Part shown: positions 1 through 9,000 of the stretch, one piece after another
Layout: each line of letters opens with the position of its first letter
Numbering within the stretch: position 1 is the first letter of the stretch
Source: a virus
Lineage: Duplodnaviria; Heunggongvirae; Uroviricota; Caudoviricetes
IMG/VR virus record: IMGVR_UViG_2540341091_000001
Coordinates: 1 to 16,169 of that record
DNA length: 16,169 nt
Reading direction: 5' to 3' (one strand)
Notes under the pieces: model-generated
Told to the model about the DNA's origin: nothing
The model's database searches: none
Seen by the model: only the letters and a program-made list of their open reading frames with translations
Made by a program: the position numbers and the translations under genes

Positions 1-474
1 ATGTACAGTCCGGTACAAATAGCCAATAAATTCATAACGTTGGGAAACCAACATCATAATCCTCTGACCCACATGCAACTGCAGAAGCTTACTTATATTG
101 CCCATGGTTACTATTTAGCATTAACAGGTAAGCCTTTGCTCAATGAATGTGTCTCCGCGTGGAAGTACGGTCCAGTTATTCCTGGAATGTACGATGCTTT
201 CAAAGACTATGGGAATAAACCTGTTACGAATGTAGCAGTAGCTCCTTTTGGTGGCATCGTTACTATGGATCCGCAAGCAGAGAGCATTATCGGGGCTGTT
301 TATAAGTTTTACGGCTCGAAAAATGGAATTGAGTTATCAACTCTAACTCATATGCCAGGTACGCCTTGGTCACAAGCTTATAATGGTATTGGCTCGTCGA
401 TCATCTCAAATGATGCGATCAAGGCTTATTATCATGATTTATTGAATAACCGACAGCAATGTCAGGGCCTCTGA
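1..474 (+). CDS. Panacea-domain (DUF4065; GepA/SocA-like) protein, putative antitoxin or phage-associated protein; start coincides with window edge so the true N-terminus is unverified
   Basis: ORF-track translation contains the motifs I associate with the Panacea domain (LQKLTYIAHGYYLALTGKPL, AWKYGPVIP, THMPGTPW). Followed 22 bp later by a co-directional membrane-protein gene. Family assignment is from memory. Confidence 0.6.
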   Translation: MYSPVQIANKFITLGNQHHNPLTHMQLQKLTYIAHGYYLALTGKPLLNECVSAWKYGPVIPGMYDAFKDYGNKPVTNVAVAPFGGIVTMDPQAESIIGAVYKFYGSKNGIELSTLTHMPGTPWSQAYNGIGSSIISNDAIKAYYHDLLNNRQQCQGL

Positions 475-496
475 AAAAGTAATATTCAGGGATGAC

Positions 497-1045
497 ATGT
501 CTCATAATTCAGATATCTATAAACTGATCGGAGCGGCCGCAGGTGTTGAAAATGGTCGCTCTGAAGCATCCTTAAACTCTACTGACAGTCAAGAGCAGGC
601 TTTTGAATCCGCATTTGAGCCGTCTAATCATGAACGCGATGATGATTCTTCTTCAGAAAATAAGGCTATTCTGGAGGAAGAAGAGTTTGGTTCTAATACT
701 GGTGCATTGCATGAGTTTATGCAGCAGAACAGAATGGACAGTCTTCAAGCTCAGCTTGATATGCTCAAATCACAAGTACGGGATAAGATAGCTGACGCAA
801 CTGGTAAAGAAATAGACAATGAGCTCCGGACAAAAATGGCATCATTCACGGTTTGGTTTATGTCGTGTTGGTGCTTATTCGTTGTCGCAATGTTTACATC
901 GTTTCTTATTGCACATGAAGGAAAGGCTCCAGTTGAAGCGATCGTTGCATTACTAGGTACAAGTACAATTAGTATTGTTGGTTTGGTTGGTTTCGTTGTT
1001 AGTGGATTGTTCAAATCAAGAAAAGATAGTGATAAAGAAAAATAA
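497..1045 (+). CDS. hypothetical protein with acidic, Ser/Glu/Asp-rich N-terminal half and two C-terminal transmembrane helices; candidate toxin/effector partner of the Panacea protein
   Basis: ATG at 497 preceded by AGGGA at 488-492. Hydrophobic stretches WFMSCWCLFVVAMFTSFLIA and AIVALLGTSTISIVGLVGFVVSGLF. No recognisable catalytic motif. Confidence 0.5.
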   Translation: MSHNSDIYKLIGAAAGVENGRSEASLNSTDSQEQAFESAFEPSNHERDDDSSSENKAILEEEEFGSNTGALHEFMQQNRMDSLQAQLDMLKSQVRDKIADATGKEIDNELRTKMASFTVWFMSCWCLFVVAMFTSFLIAHEGKAPVEAIVALLGTSTISIVGLVGFVVSGLFKSRKDSDKEK

Positions 1046-1063
1046 CCCGTACATATACGGGTT
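1044..1063 (-). terminator. intrinsic terminator hairpin between convergent genes, serving the minus-strand PrtN-like gene
   Basis: 8-bp stem AACCCGTA (1044-1051) / TACGGGTT (1056-1063) with loop CATA; on the minus strand it is followed by TTTTT (plus-strand A-run 1036-1043). Confidence 0.4.
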
Positions 1064-1078
1064 ATCCATAGTTTTAGT

Positions 1079-1348
1079 TTAGTTATATTTTTTTTCCGTT
1101 CTGACTTTTTCCCACTCAGCTCGCCCTTCTTCCCGTCTTTTGTCAATATATTCCGCAAGATCCTGAATGTTGATGCAGCGTTTTGCTTTTTGTGATGTAC
1201 CGATGCGATATGTAGGTACAGGCAACTTACAAGCGTTTGCTTTTGCTTCTGCTGTGGCTGGACTCATACCAAAGTATTTTTGACTAACTGCTGAGAGTTC
1301 AATGTTTGGGGTATTGAATTCAGCCATCAGTAAAAACAAGGTATTCAT
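1079..1348 (-). CDS. PrtN-like (pyocin-activator family) small DNA-binding regulator
   Basis: 89 aa; ATG at 1348 with GGAG 7 nt upstream; segment GMSPATAEAKANACKLPVPTYRIGTSQKAKRCINIQDLAEYIDKRR resembles the PrtN/phage activator family as I recall it. Confidence 0.5.
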   Translation of the reverse strand: MNTLFLLMAEFNTPNIELSAVSQKYFGMSPATAEAKANACKLPVPTYRIGTSQKAKRCINIQDLAEYIDKRREEGRAEWEKVRTEKKYN

Positions 1349-1384
1349 ATCATTTCTCCATCATAACCGGCTGCACCCGGTGAG

Positions 1385-2167
1385 TTACTTATTCATTTCA
1401 ATAATATTATTTTCTATCATTGATTTATTTAAAACCAAAGAAGGAGCAAGATGGTTGTCTATTTTAAACAATGCATAACTTTTAAACTGTTGGTGATATC
1501 CGTAACTAATAAGGATGCTAGAAAAATCTCTTAATTCATCTTCTTTTAAAAAATTAAAATGAAATGGGTTGTCACCATTTATGAACAATGAAACATCTAT
1601 TATGCAGTATTTCTCTCTGTTGTCATTTGCATAGAAAAAAATATAAGACATTCTGTTTGTTAAGACAATGCCATTAAATTTTCTTATGTCTGTAGCTATT
1701 TTGTTTTCCATGTTTGGTGCCACATATTTATTTTCAGAAATACATTTAATTTCATCTCCAGATGTCGTGATTATATAAAAATGAAACTTATCATAAATAT
1801 CTAACTTAACTACGCCATCATTATTATAAAGGCTGCTAAATTTTGGTGGTTCAACTTTTAAAGAATCATAGTTCTTTAAAAGAAGAGGGGAGTCAAATTT
1901 AATAACTTGTAGTATCCCTTTACCTTCAACCTCCATATTGATTGAAGATATAGCAATTGCATTATCTCTTTTATTATTCAGGATTATGGTTGATATATGC
2001 ATGTCATATATTCTACTTGCATTTGCTGAATACGACACTGTCACCTTTTTTGATATTTTTTGCACGCCAAAATATATAGTGAAGGCAGCGGCAAGAATAG
2101 ATAAGAATTTAATGTCAAATAAGGACCATAGCCACATTAGTTGCTCAATTGCTTCAGAGTTAATCAT
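1385..2167 (-). CDS. hypothetical protein with an N-terminal transmembrane anchor, AT-rich orphan (moron-like); start codon uncertain (alternatives at 2179 or 2221)
   Basis: Long minus-strand ORF in markedly AT-rich DNA. N-terminal hydrophobic helix LMWLWSLFDIKFLSILAAAFTIYFGV. The track start at 2221 is TTG and sits upstream of the promoter predicted at 2204-2232, so an internal ATG (MINSEAIEQ...) is preferred. No known domain recognised. Confidence 0.45.
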   Translation of the reverse strand: MINSEAIEQLMWLWSLFDIKFLSILAAAFTIYFGVQKISKKVTVSYSANASRIYDMHISTIILNNKRDNAIAISSINMEVEGKGILQVIKFDSPLLLKNYDSLKVEPPKFSSLYNNDGVVKLDIYDKFHFYIITTSGDEIKCISENKYVAPNMENKIATDIRKFNGIVLTNRMSYIFFYANDNREKYCIIDVSLFINGDNPFHFNFLKEDELRDFSSILISYGYHQQFKSYALFKIDNHLAPSLVLNKSMIENNIIEMNK

Positions 2168-2203
2168 TTGCTTTACCATTATCGCTGTAATACAACACAT
2201 GTG

Positions 2204-2232
2204 TATATATACGCAATGCAATTATTTTGCAA
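2204..2232 (-). promoter_or_regulatory. candidate sigma70 promoter for the 1385-2167 gene
   Basis: Minus strand reads TTGCAA (plus 2227-2232), 17-bp spacer, TATATA (plus 2204-2209). Confidence 0.3.
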
Positions 2233-2353
2233 GTGCTTCATTTACTATCAATAGCTTCGTCACGTTATTGTTTAATGGTTCTTTATAGGGGCGGCAATAG
2301 TTAAAATTATCGCTTCCGTAAACGCCCCCGCAGGGGCATTTGCAGTAATGAAA

Positions 2354-3178
2354 TCAGGCGGTGAAAGTACCAATAAAGGTTTCTACTTTGCTGTCTTTGA
2401 ATTTCTCAACAAGCAGATCACGAAATTCGTTAGCCATTTCTTCCTGTACCGCTTCCAGCTGAATAATGCGCAGAACCAGTACAGGACGATCGCCAGTGAT
2501 AATGCTGAGGCGTAATTTAAACGGACGTTCTTTCAGACCTTCAAACGGAGCGCATTTAAATTCAAATGCCACTGGCATAATGTCTTTGGTCTTCGCTTCG
2601 ACAGACTCCATCAGGGAGCGTTTGCCGCTGAAGTCATTATCTTCAAAATCAGCGGTCTGGTTCGCTTCAATTGTGATTTTACGGATCGCCGCAGCCGCTT
2701 TGGTTGCCTGAATGGCGTCACCATTAGCATCAAAGCCCACAAGGTAGTCGGCCCAGTCTTCAATCCATTCTGCCAGTGACTTCTGGGAGTTACGCTCGCC
2801 GTTAACAGACAACAGAGCAGAGAACGGTGCTGTCTTTTTCAGTTTGAGAGTGGCGGTGTTATCTGCGTGACCTGGTTCATCAATAGTACCCAGGTTAAGC
2901 ACACTGACGGCACGCATATTATCGGCATCGATAAAGCAGCGGGTGCCTTCATCTGCAAGAACTTTAGAATAACGGGTAAAGTCATCGATGCTGGCAGTGG
3001 AAAGCGCACCACGGAAACGGAAGCGATTTAAATTAAATTTTTCCAGATCATGAATGCGGAAATTCTCAGGCAATGCCACAGCATCGGCACCAATCTTACT
3101 GATAATTTCATTAACACCCTGAGCAGAAATAAGGGCATGGATTTGATTAATTGCGGTTGCGTCTAAGTTCTGAGACAT
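2354..3178 (-). CDS. phage protein resembling YfdQ (DUF2303 family)
   Basis: 274 aa, the same length as E. coli CPS-53 YfdQ as I remember it; ATG at 3178 with AGGA about 7 nt upstream. Homology not verified. Confidence 0.55.
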   Translation of the reverse strand: MSQNLDATAINQIHALISAQGVNEIISKIGADAVALPENFRIHDLEKFNLNRFRFRGALSTASIDDFTRYSKVLADEGTRCFIDADNMRAVSVLNLGTIDEPGHADNTATLKLKKTAPFSALLSVNGERNSQKSLAEWIEDWADYLVGFDANGDAIQATKAAAAIRKITIEANQTADFEDNDFSGKRSLMESVEAKTKDIMPVAFEFKCAPFEGLKERPFKLRLSIITGDRPVLVLRIIQLEAVQEEMANEFRDLLVEKFKDSKVETFIGTFTA

Positions 3179-3242
3179 AATAAGTCCTCACTATATAAAG
3201 ATATTCAGTGATGAGATAAATAATCAGTTTATTAGAACGATA

Positions 3243-3605
3243 TTAACGACCTGCTGCGCGGAGTTTTCCGTCAGGTTCACCGGCAAGAGTCAGTAATTGT
3301 CCCTGGTCCTCCTGCAGAATAGTCAGGCGACCACCGCGATTGACATACATCGGCGTTTCGGTGGTGTCTTCTTCGGAAATTTTCCCGCGGTTAGTCGGGC
3401 GAACATATGAGAGTTTGTGTTTGATTTTCACACGGTTCTCATCAAATGGTTCGATTTCCAGGTTGAGTGAGACCTTACCTTTGGTTTTCGTGTTCATCAC
3501 ACCGGAAGCGACTTCACTGAGAACTGCGCCGATTTTGGTTTCAAATACGCCGCCGTCCAGCTCCCCGATAAATGCCTGCACATCAGTACTGCGTTCGCTA
3601 GCCAT
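3243..3605 (-). CDS. small phage protein (about 120 aa), possibly YfdP-like
   Basis: Internal ATG at 3605 (MASERSTDVQAF...) has a strong GAGGAG Shine-Dalgarno 5-10 nt upstream. The upstream extension in the ORF track (start 3836) runs through structured non-coding DNA and is rejected. Confidence 0.5.
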   Translation of the reverse strand: MASERSTDVQAFIGELDGGVFETKIGAVLSEVASGVMNTKTKGKVSLNLEIEPFDENRVKIKHKLSYVRPTNRGKISEEDTTETPMYVNRGGRLTILQEDQGQLLTLAGEPDGKLRAAGR

Positions 3606-3653
3606 TTTGCTGCTCCTCATCATATCGACCCTGCAAGGTCGGTTGGTTTCTCC

Positions 3654-3787
3654 ACAAAACAGAGAAGAACACCTGCGGTGGCAGCCGCCCGGATGGATTG
3701 GGTTATGAGCCCGTCGTCCGGTGATGCTCTTCTCTGTTTTGTAAAAAGAGCGGTACCAGCCGGAAGCAAGTGTACAAACTGGTACCG
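3654..3787 (-). repeat. two adjacent large inverted repeats (potential RNA stem-loops) in the leader upstream of the 3243-3605 gene
   Basis: Perfect 15-bp inverted repeat ACAAAACAGAGAAGA (3654-3668) / TCTTCTCTGTTTTGT (3728-3742) enclosing 59 nt. Perfect 9-bp inverted repeat CGGTACCAG (3751-3759) / CTGGTACCG (3779-3787) enclosing 19 nt. Confidence 0.4.
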
Positions 3788-4188
3788 CCAAAGCAGTGGC
3801 TGTTGTGGTGGGGTTGTCACTCAGGCGTATGGTCAACCTGACAATCCGGTGTCCTCAACGGGGAAAGAGTAACCCCGCCATACTTACCGCCGCGCCATTT
3901 CGCGGATTACCACAACGCTGAGAGCACTTAGCCAGTTACGGCACCACACTTTGTCGCGGTTCCATAAATGCCCTCATCGTTGCACCCTGGTCTCTTCCCA
4001 GGCGTCAAACCGGATCGCCACGCTGGTTAGGCGTCTTATCAGCATCATCATTGACTTGCACATTCCGGCTACCTGGTTTGTTTGCCCGAGCAAGGAGTGG
4101 ATTGTCCCCTTTAACGTCCCCAGACCGCTAACGACGCATGTGCCATACGCCGTGTTACAACCAAATTTAGTTTAATCTTGCCTGTGTT

Positions 4189-4233
4189 ATGTATCCTATA
4201 GATACATTATGTATCTCAAGGGTACATTGTCAA
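4189..4233 (-). promoter_or_regulatory. pL-like leftward promoter overlapped by two repressor operators
   Basis: Minus strand: TTGACA (plus 4228-4233), 16-bp spacer, CATAAT (plus 4206-4211). Operator-like 17-mers TGTATC-CTATA-GATACA (4190-4206) and TGTATC-TCAAG-GGTACA (4210-4226) share a consensus with the cI-cro intergenic sites. Confidence 0.45.
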
Positions 4234-4235
4234 GT

Positions 4236-4260
4236 ATAAAAAAACCTGCCGAAGCAGGTT
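4236..4260 (-). terminator. intrinsic terminator downstream of the cI-like gene
   Basis: Stem AACCTGC (4243-4249) / GCAGGTT (4254-4260), loop CGAA; the minus strand follows with a T-run (plus A-run 4236-4242). Confidence 0.5.
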
Positions 4261-4271
4261 ATAAATATTGA

Positions 4272-4946
4272 TTAGGCCTTTATTTTGTATCTTCTTGGTT
4301 TTCCTGAGAAAATCACTGTACCAATTATAGAGCAATTACCGTTGATCTTAATGTAAGGTTCAGGCCAGTTTGGGTTTAATGCTTTGAGGTAACGCTGTGT
4401 TCCATCTTCTATCAACCGCTTGAAGGTGGTTTCGCCTGTATCGTGCATCAATGCAATAACGTCGTCACCGTGGCAGGCAGGGACTTCAGGATCAACAAAA
4501 ATCATGTCTCCCGGGCGGTACTCATCAATCATTGAATCACCAATCACCCGCAAGATATAAGTCATTTCGCCACAGGGTACAGGGCAGGGATAAGTTTCTG
4601 CTGTGCTCAAATCAACCTCAGAATAGCCAACTTCTTTCCATGCTCCGGCCTGTACCCATGATATGACAGGGACTAACGTTATTTGTTTGTTAGTGATTGA
4701 AACGTCAGGTTTTTTTGTGATGTTCGTTGTCTGGTGTTCTTGATCAAGCCATCCGACAGGCAGGTCGAAACATTTTTCGATGTGCCGTGCCATGCTGTCA
4801 CCGATATTTTTAGTTGCACCATCTCCCATAAACCTGCTGGTCTGGGTTGGCTCGCGATCAATCATGGTGGCAAAGGAAGAATTCCCGCCAACACCATCTC
4901 TCAGTTTTCTGGCGTTAGACCGCCGGATGTCATGGACTGTTTTCAT
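4272..4946 (-). CDS. cI: cI-like prophage repressor: N-terminal HTH plus C-terminal S24 (LexA-like) autopeptidase domain
   Basis: 224 aa. C-terminal domain has the Ser (VIGDSM) and Lys (TFKRL) typical of S24 self-cleaving repressors. Divergent from a cro-like gene with operators between them. No Shine-Dalgarno before the ATG, consistent with a leaderless pRM-type transcript. Confidence 0.8.
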   Translation of the reverse strand: MKTVHDIRRSNARKLRDGVGGNSSFATMIDREPTQTSRFMGDGATKNIGDSMARHIEKCFDLPVGWLDQEHQTTNITKKPDVSITNKQITLVPVISWVQAGAWKEVGYSEVDLSTAETYPCPVPCGEMTYILRVIGDSMIDEYRPGDMIFVDPEVPACHGDDVIALMHDTGETTFKRLIEDGTQRYLKALNPNWPEPYIKINGNCSIIGTVIFSGKPRRYKIKA

Positions 4947-4963
4947 AAAGAAATTAAAACCTT

Positions 4964-5030
4964 TGTACCGATAAGGTACAAGTATCTTGAAGGTTCATCT
5001 CAATCATGTAATATGTATACCGGAGGTACA
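4964..5030. promoter_or_regulatory. oR-like operator cluster with divergent pRM/pR promoters
   Basis: 17-bp sites TGTACC-GATAA-GGTACA (4964-4980) and TGTATA-CCGGA-GGTACA (5014-5030), plus a degenerate site AGTATC-TTGAA-GGTTCA (4981-4997). Candidate pRM on minus strand TTGTAC-N17-TTTAAT ends about 7 nt before the cI ATG. The 5014-5030 site overlaps the cro RBS. Confidence 0.45.
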
Positions 5031-5036
5031 TGTTGT

Positions 5037-5258
5037 ATGAAAGCGTATTGGGACTCTTTAACCAAAGAACAGCAGGGTGAGTTGGCCGGAAAAGTTGGCT
5101 CAACACCAGGCTACTTACGGCTGGTTTTCAATGGTTATAAAAAAGCCAGTTTTGTGCTGGCTAAAAAACTTGAGCAATGCACGTCAGGTGCAATTACGAA
5201 ATCTGACTTAAGACCGGATATCCCACAGCCAGTATCAGCGATTTGCTGGTTGTGGTGA
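5037..5258 (+). CDS. Cro/YdaS-like small DNA-binding protein
   Basis: 73 aa from ATG 5037 with GGAGG at 5022-5026; HTH-like segment LAGKVGSTPGYLRLVFNGYKKASFVLAKKLEQCTSGAI. The longer track ORF (4734-5258) overlaps cI antisense and is rejected. Confidence 0.6.
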   Translation: MKAYWDSLTKEQQGELAGKVGSTPGYLRLVFNGYKKASFVLAKKLEQCTSGAITKSDLRPDIPQPVSAICWLW

Positions 5259-5313
5259 TGAAGAAATCCACAGCAGGTATCACGATTAGCTGAATTTTCA
5301 TAACCCATATGCG

Positions 5314-5337
5314 GGCGCCATTTCTGGCGCCTTTTTT
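5314..5337 (+). terminator. intrinsic terminator after the cro-like gene
   Basis: Stem GGCGCCA (5314-5320) / TGGCGCC (5325-5331), loop TTTC, then TTTTTT (5332-5337). Confidence 0.55.
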
Positions 5338-5361
5338 ATTGCAGAAAAGCGAGAGGTAATT

Positions 5362-5961
5362 ATGCGTAAACTTTATGCCGCCATTTTGTCCGCAGCCATC
5401 TGTCTGGCCGTATCCGGTGCGCCTGCATGGGCGTCTGAACATCAGTCCACGCTGAGCGCGGGCTATCTTCATGCCTCGACGAACGTTCCCGGCAGCGATG
5501 ATCTGAACGGGATTAACGTGAAATACCGTTATGAGTTTACGGACACACTAGGGCTGGTGACGTCATTCAGCTATGCAGGAGACAAGAATCGCCAGCTGAC
5601 TCATTACAGCGATACCCGCTGGCATGAAGATTCCGTGCGTAACCGCTGGTTCAGCGTGATGGCGGGGCCGTCTGTGCGCGTGAATGAATGGTTCAGCGCG
5701 TATGCGATGGCGGGTGTGGCTTACAGCCGTATTTCGACTTTCTCCGGGGATTATCTCCGCGTAACTGACAACAAGGGGAAAACGCACGAAGTGCTGACCG
5801 GAAGTGATGACGGTCGCCGCAGCAACACGTCTCTGGCGTGGGGGGCTGGCGTGCAGTTTAACCCGACCGTATCCGTGGCCATTGATATTGCTTATGAAGG
5901 CTCCGGCAGTGGCGACTGGCGCACTGACGGTTTCATCGTGGGTGTCGGTTATAAGTTCTGA
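5362..5961 (+). CDS. lom: Lom (Ail/Lom family outer-membrane protein), lambda lom homologue
   Basis: 199 aa with a signal peptide; C-terminus ...AYEGSGSGDWRTDGFIVGVGYKF matches lambda Lom as I remember it; internal INVKYRYE and SVMAGP motifs; RBS GAGAGG at 5351-5356. Confidence 0.85.
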   Translation: MRKLYAAILSAAICLAVSGAPAWASEHQSTLSAGYLHASTNVPGSDDLNGINVKYRYEFTDTLGLVTSFSYAGDKNRQLTHYSDTRWHEDSVRNRWFSVMAGPSVRVNEWFSAYAMAGVAYSRISTFSGDYLRVTDNKGKTHEVLTGSDDGRRSNTSLAWGAGVQFNPTVSVAIDIAYEGSGSGDWRTDGFIVGVGYKF

Positions 5962-5988
5962 TTAGCCAGGTAACACAGTGTTATGACA

Positions 5989-6014
5989 GCCCGCCGGTTC
6001 AGGCGGGCTTTTTT
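5989..6014 (+). terminator. intrinsic terminator between lom and the tail-fibre gene
   Basis: Stem GCCCGCC (5989-5995) / GGCGGGC (6002-6008) followed by TTTTTT (6009-6014). Confidence 0.55.
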
Positions 6015-6025
6015 GTGGGGTGAAT

Positions 6026-9000
6026 ATGGCAGTAAAGATTTCAGGTGTACTGAAAGACGGTGCAGGTAAACCGGTACAGAACTGCACAATCCAGCTGAAA
6101 GCAAAACGTAACAGCACCACGGTGGTGGTGAACACGGTGGCATCTGAAAATCCGGATGAAGCCGGGCGTTACAGCATGGACGTTGAGTACGGTCAGTACA
6201 GCGTTATTCTGTTGGTGGAAGGCTTCCCGCCATCGCATGCCGGGACCATCACCGTGTATGAAGACTCACAACCGGGTACGCTGAATGATTTTCTCGGTGC
6301 CATGACGGAGGATGATGCTCGTCCGGAGGCACTGCGCCGCTTTGAACTGATGGTGGAAGAGGTGGCGCGTAACGCGTCCGCAGTGGCACAGAACACGGCA
6401 GCCGCGAAGAAGTCAGCCAGCGATGCCAGCACATCAGCCCGGGATGCGTCGGCTTCAAAAGAGGCAGCAAAATCATCAGAAATGAGCGCAGCCTCTTCGG
6501 AAACGGCGGCAGGAAATTCCGCGAAGGCCGCAAAAACGTCTGAGACGAATGCGGATAACAGCGCACAGGCGGCAGCGGCCTCACAAACTGCATCGGCAAA
6601 CTACGCGACAGCCGCCAAAAAATCAGAAACCAACGCGAAAAATAGCGAGGCAGCAACAAAGAGCAGTGAAACAAACGCGGCGAAATCTGCGGCGGACGCA
6701 CTTAATTATCGCAACCAGGCGCAATTAATTGTTGGCGATAATATCGGTCTTGGCTCAGCCCCGCGTGATTGTCCTGATATTTCCGGCAACCCATCAGGGT
6801 ATATCGGATTTATGCGCATTATGAGTAATGCAAAAGGCTTTCCATCGATTGCATCCGGTGAAAGCAGTCTTACGGGGTTTATTAGTCAGGTAGATGGAAC
6901 ACCAGCGTATACAGGTGTATTTCAGGGATGGGCTACGCGCTCGCTTTATACTTATCGCTGGAATCCGACAATAGGCCCGCAATGGACACGCCACGCAAGA
7001 AAAGATGAGGTTATCCGATTTCAGCGTTCAAGCGACACAAGAACCATCATTTTATCTACTGACGTTCAGGCGGACGGCTGTTACTTACAGGTTGATGCTG
7101 ACGGTCAGTGGGGCGCATTTAACCCTAAAGCTGGTAGATGGCAACCGCTCGCAGTTGCGCAAGGTGGCACAGGGGCGAATGATGCAAGTACAGCGCGCTC
7201 TAAACTTGAAGTCATGTTTGAAGCAAAAACTGGCCTTGATGCGAATACGAACTTAAACGATATAAAAGGTACTACAGCCGGTTTTTATTACCAACCAATG
7301 TCTGCCAACGCAAAGCCAGAACTAAATTACCCGATACAGCTTGCTGGTGCATTGTTAGTGCAAAGAACTGGTGCTAATGGTAGTGATGGTTGTATCCAGA
7401 GCTATTTTGTATATAACAATTCATCAATTCTTTATAGAAGGATATATACCAGCACACAAGGTTGGAGTGTATGGAAAAAAATAGTATTAACAGAAAGAAT
7501 TGAAGAAGGCGAATCGACTACTTACGTTTATTCGAATTACTCACCATCAGCGCCACGACTTCAGGTGTCAACATCTGGATTGTGGGGTTGCCATAACGGA
7601 TCGTCATGGGTTCCATTACCTATTGGACAAGGAGGCACTAATGCGGCAACTGTTGATGGTGCCAGAACGAATCTTGGCTTAGGTAGGAACAACAGCCCTC
7701 AACTTAACAGTCTATTTCTTGATAGATATAGTGATTCGACCAATACATACACATCTAGTGGAATTCTCCATACAAGACTGTTAGCAACTGACAGCACTGT
7801 GCGTCTTGGTGCTGATATGTATGTTGAGACTTTATCAAATGAGCCAGGTCAATTAACAATAAGGTTTACATACGATGGTTCAACTGGTGCTTCAAAATAT
7901 CTAAACCTTAACTCAGAAGGTAATTTAATTGTAGATAGTGCGATACTGAGATCAACGGTTGAAAAACCTTTACAAATAAGGAGCGCTAACCCAGCAATAA
8001 GATTTAATGAAACAGATCGCCCGGCTAACACGCCTACTTATACTCTCATTGCTAATGCTGGTGACTGGTTTATTCAGAAACGCGATTATGATGATGCCGG
8101 AAGCGTTAGTAACGCAATTGCATATAATTTCGCAAACGACAGAATTGATGTGCAAAATCTTAAAGCGTCTGGGTTAATTACAGCTAACTCAGGAATCGCA
8201 ACATTAACAGGTCATGACTGGAACGCTCAGCATACTGATAACGTCGACAAATTTAGACCAATTGCAGGCAGTACAAACGGCCCGGCAGGCTCTATGGTTC
8301 TTGGCGGCATTCATGTTCAATTTAGTAAAAATTATGCTGTGCAGTTCGGAGGCCGCAATTCCGGTTTTTGGGGAAGAACAATTGAAAATGGAACGACGCA
8401 GGAATGGAAGAAATTACTAACAGTAGACGATCTCAATTCATCTACCGATCTTGCTGTCAGGTCATTAACCACATCTAACCCGGTAAAATCTGGCGGAGGG
8501 CGAATTGATGTCCTTGGAAGCACGTCAGACTATAGCAAAATGGATTGCTTTGTACGTGGGTTTGATAGCACCGGTAATTCTCTCGCGTGGGCGTTGGGTT
8601 CATCAGTCGGCGTAAGTAAGATGCTGTCGCTAAAAAATTTCTTTAGCGGAGCTGAGATACTGCTAAATGGTAATGACGGCGCGGTTCAACTCAAAACAGG
8701 TGCTGTTAACGGTGCTAAAGCGCAGGCGCTCACTATCAACAAGGATGAGGTTAACTCAACTGTTGATTTAACTCTTACAAAACAAACAGGGACTGGCAAT
8801 CGTTTTGTTTTACAGAACTTAGGTAATACAGAACTACCATTTGCTGTCAAGGTGTGGGGTTCAGGTGATCGACAAAACGTTTTTGAGGTTGGAACGTCTG
8901 CCGCGTATCTGTTTTATGCTCAAAAAACATCGTCAGGTCAGCTGTTTGATGTAAACGGTGCTATTAACTGTACAACACTGAATCAGTTATCAGACCGCGA

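Noticed and set aside
603-1158. Track ORFs 603-791 (+) and 751-1158 (-) overlapping the 497-1045 gene
   Set aside because: Alternative-frame or antisense ORFs inside a better-supported gene; no RBS; low-complexity translations.
1938-2288. Plus-strand ORF 1938-2288 (116 aa)
   Set aside because: Antisense to the 5' end and promoter of the 1385-2167 gene in AT-rich DNA where random ORFs are frequent.
2466-2711. Plus-strand ORF 2466-2711
   Set aside because: Antisense within the YfdQ-like CDS; Arg/Ser-rich junk-like translation.
3340-4175. Track ORFs 3340-3708, 3620-3820, 3678-3872, 3951-4175 and the 5' extension of 3243-3836
   Set aside because: They lie in or across the structured leader, begin at non-ATG codons or lack RBS, and have Pro/Arg/Cys-rich compositions typical of out-of-frame GC-rich DNA; the 3605 ATG with GAGGAG is the supported start.
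4679-5258. ORFs 4679-4861 (-), 4780-4974 (+) and the long form of 4734-5258 (+)
   Set aside because: Overlap the cI-like CDS in other frames or antisense; the cro-like gene is better explained starting at 5037 with its own RBS.
5194-5787. Minus-strand ORFs 5194-5472 and 5563-5787
   Set aside because: Antisense to cro/lom; the lom assignment is strong.
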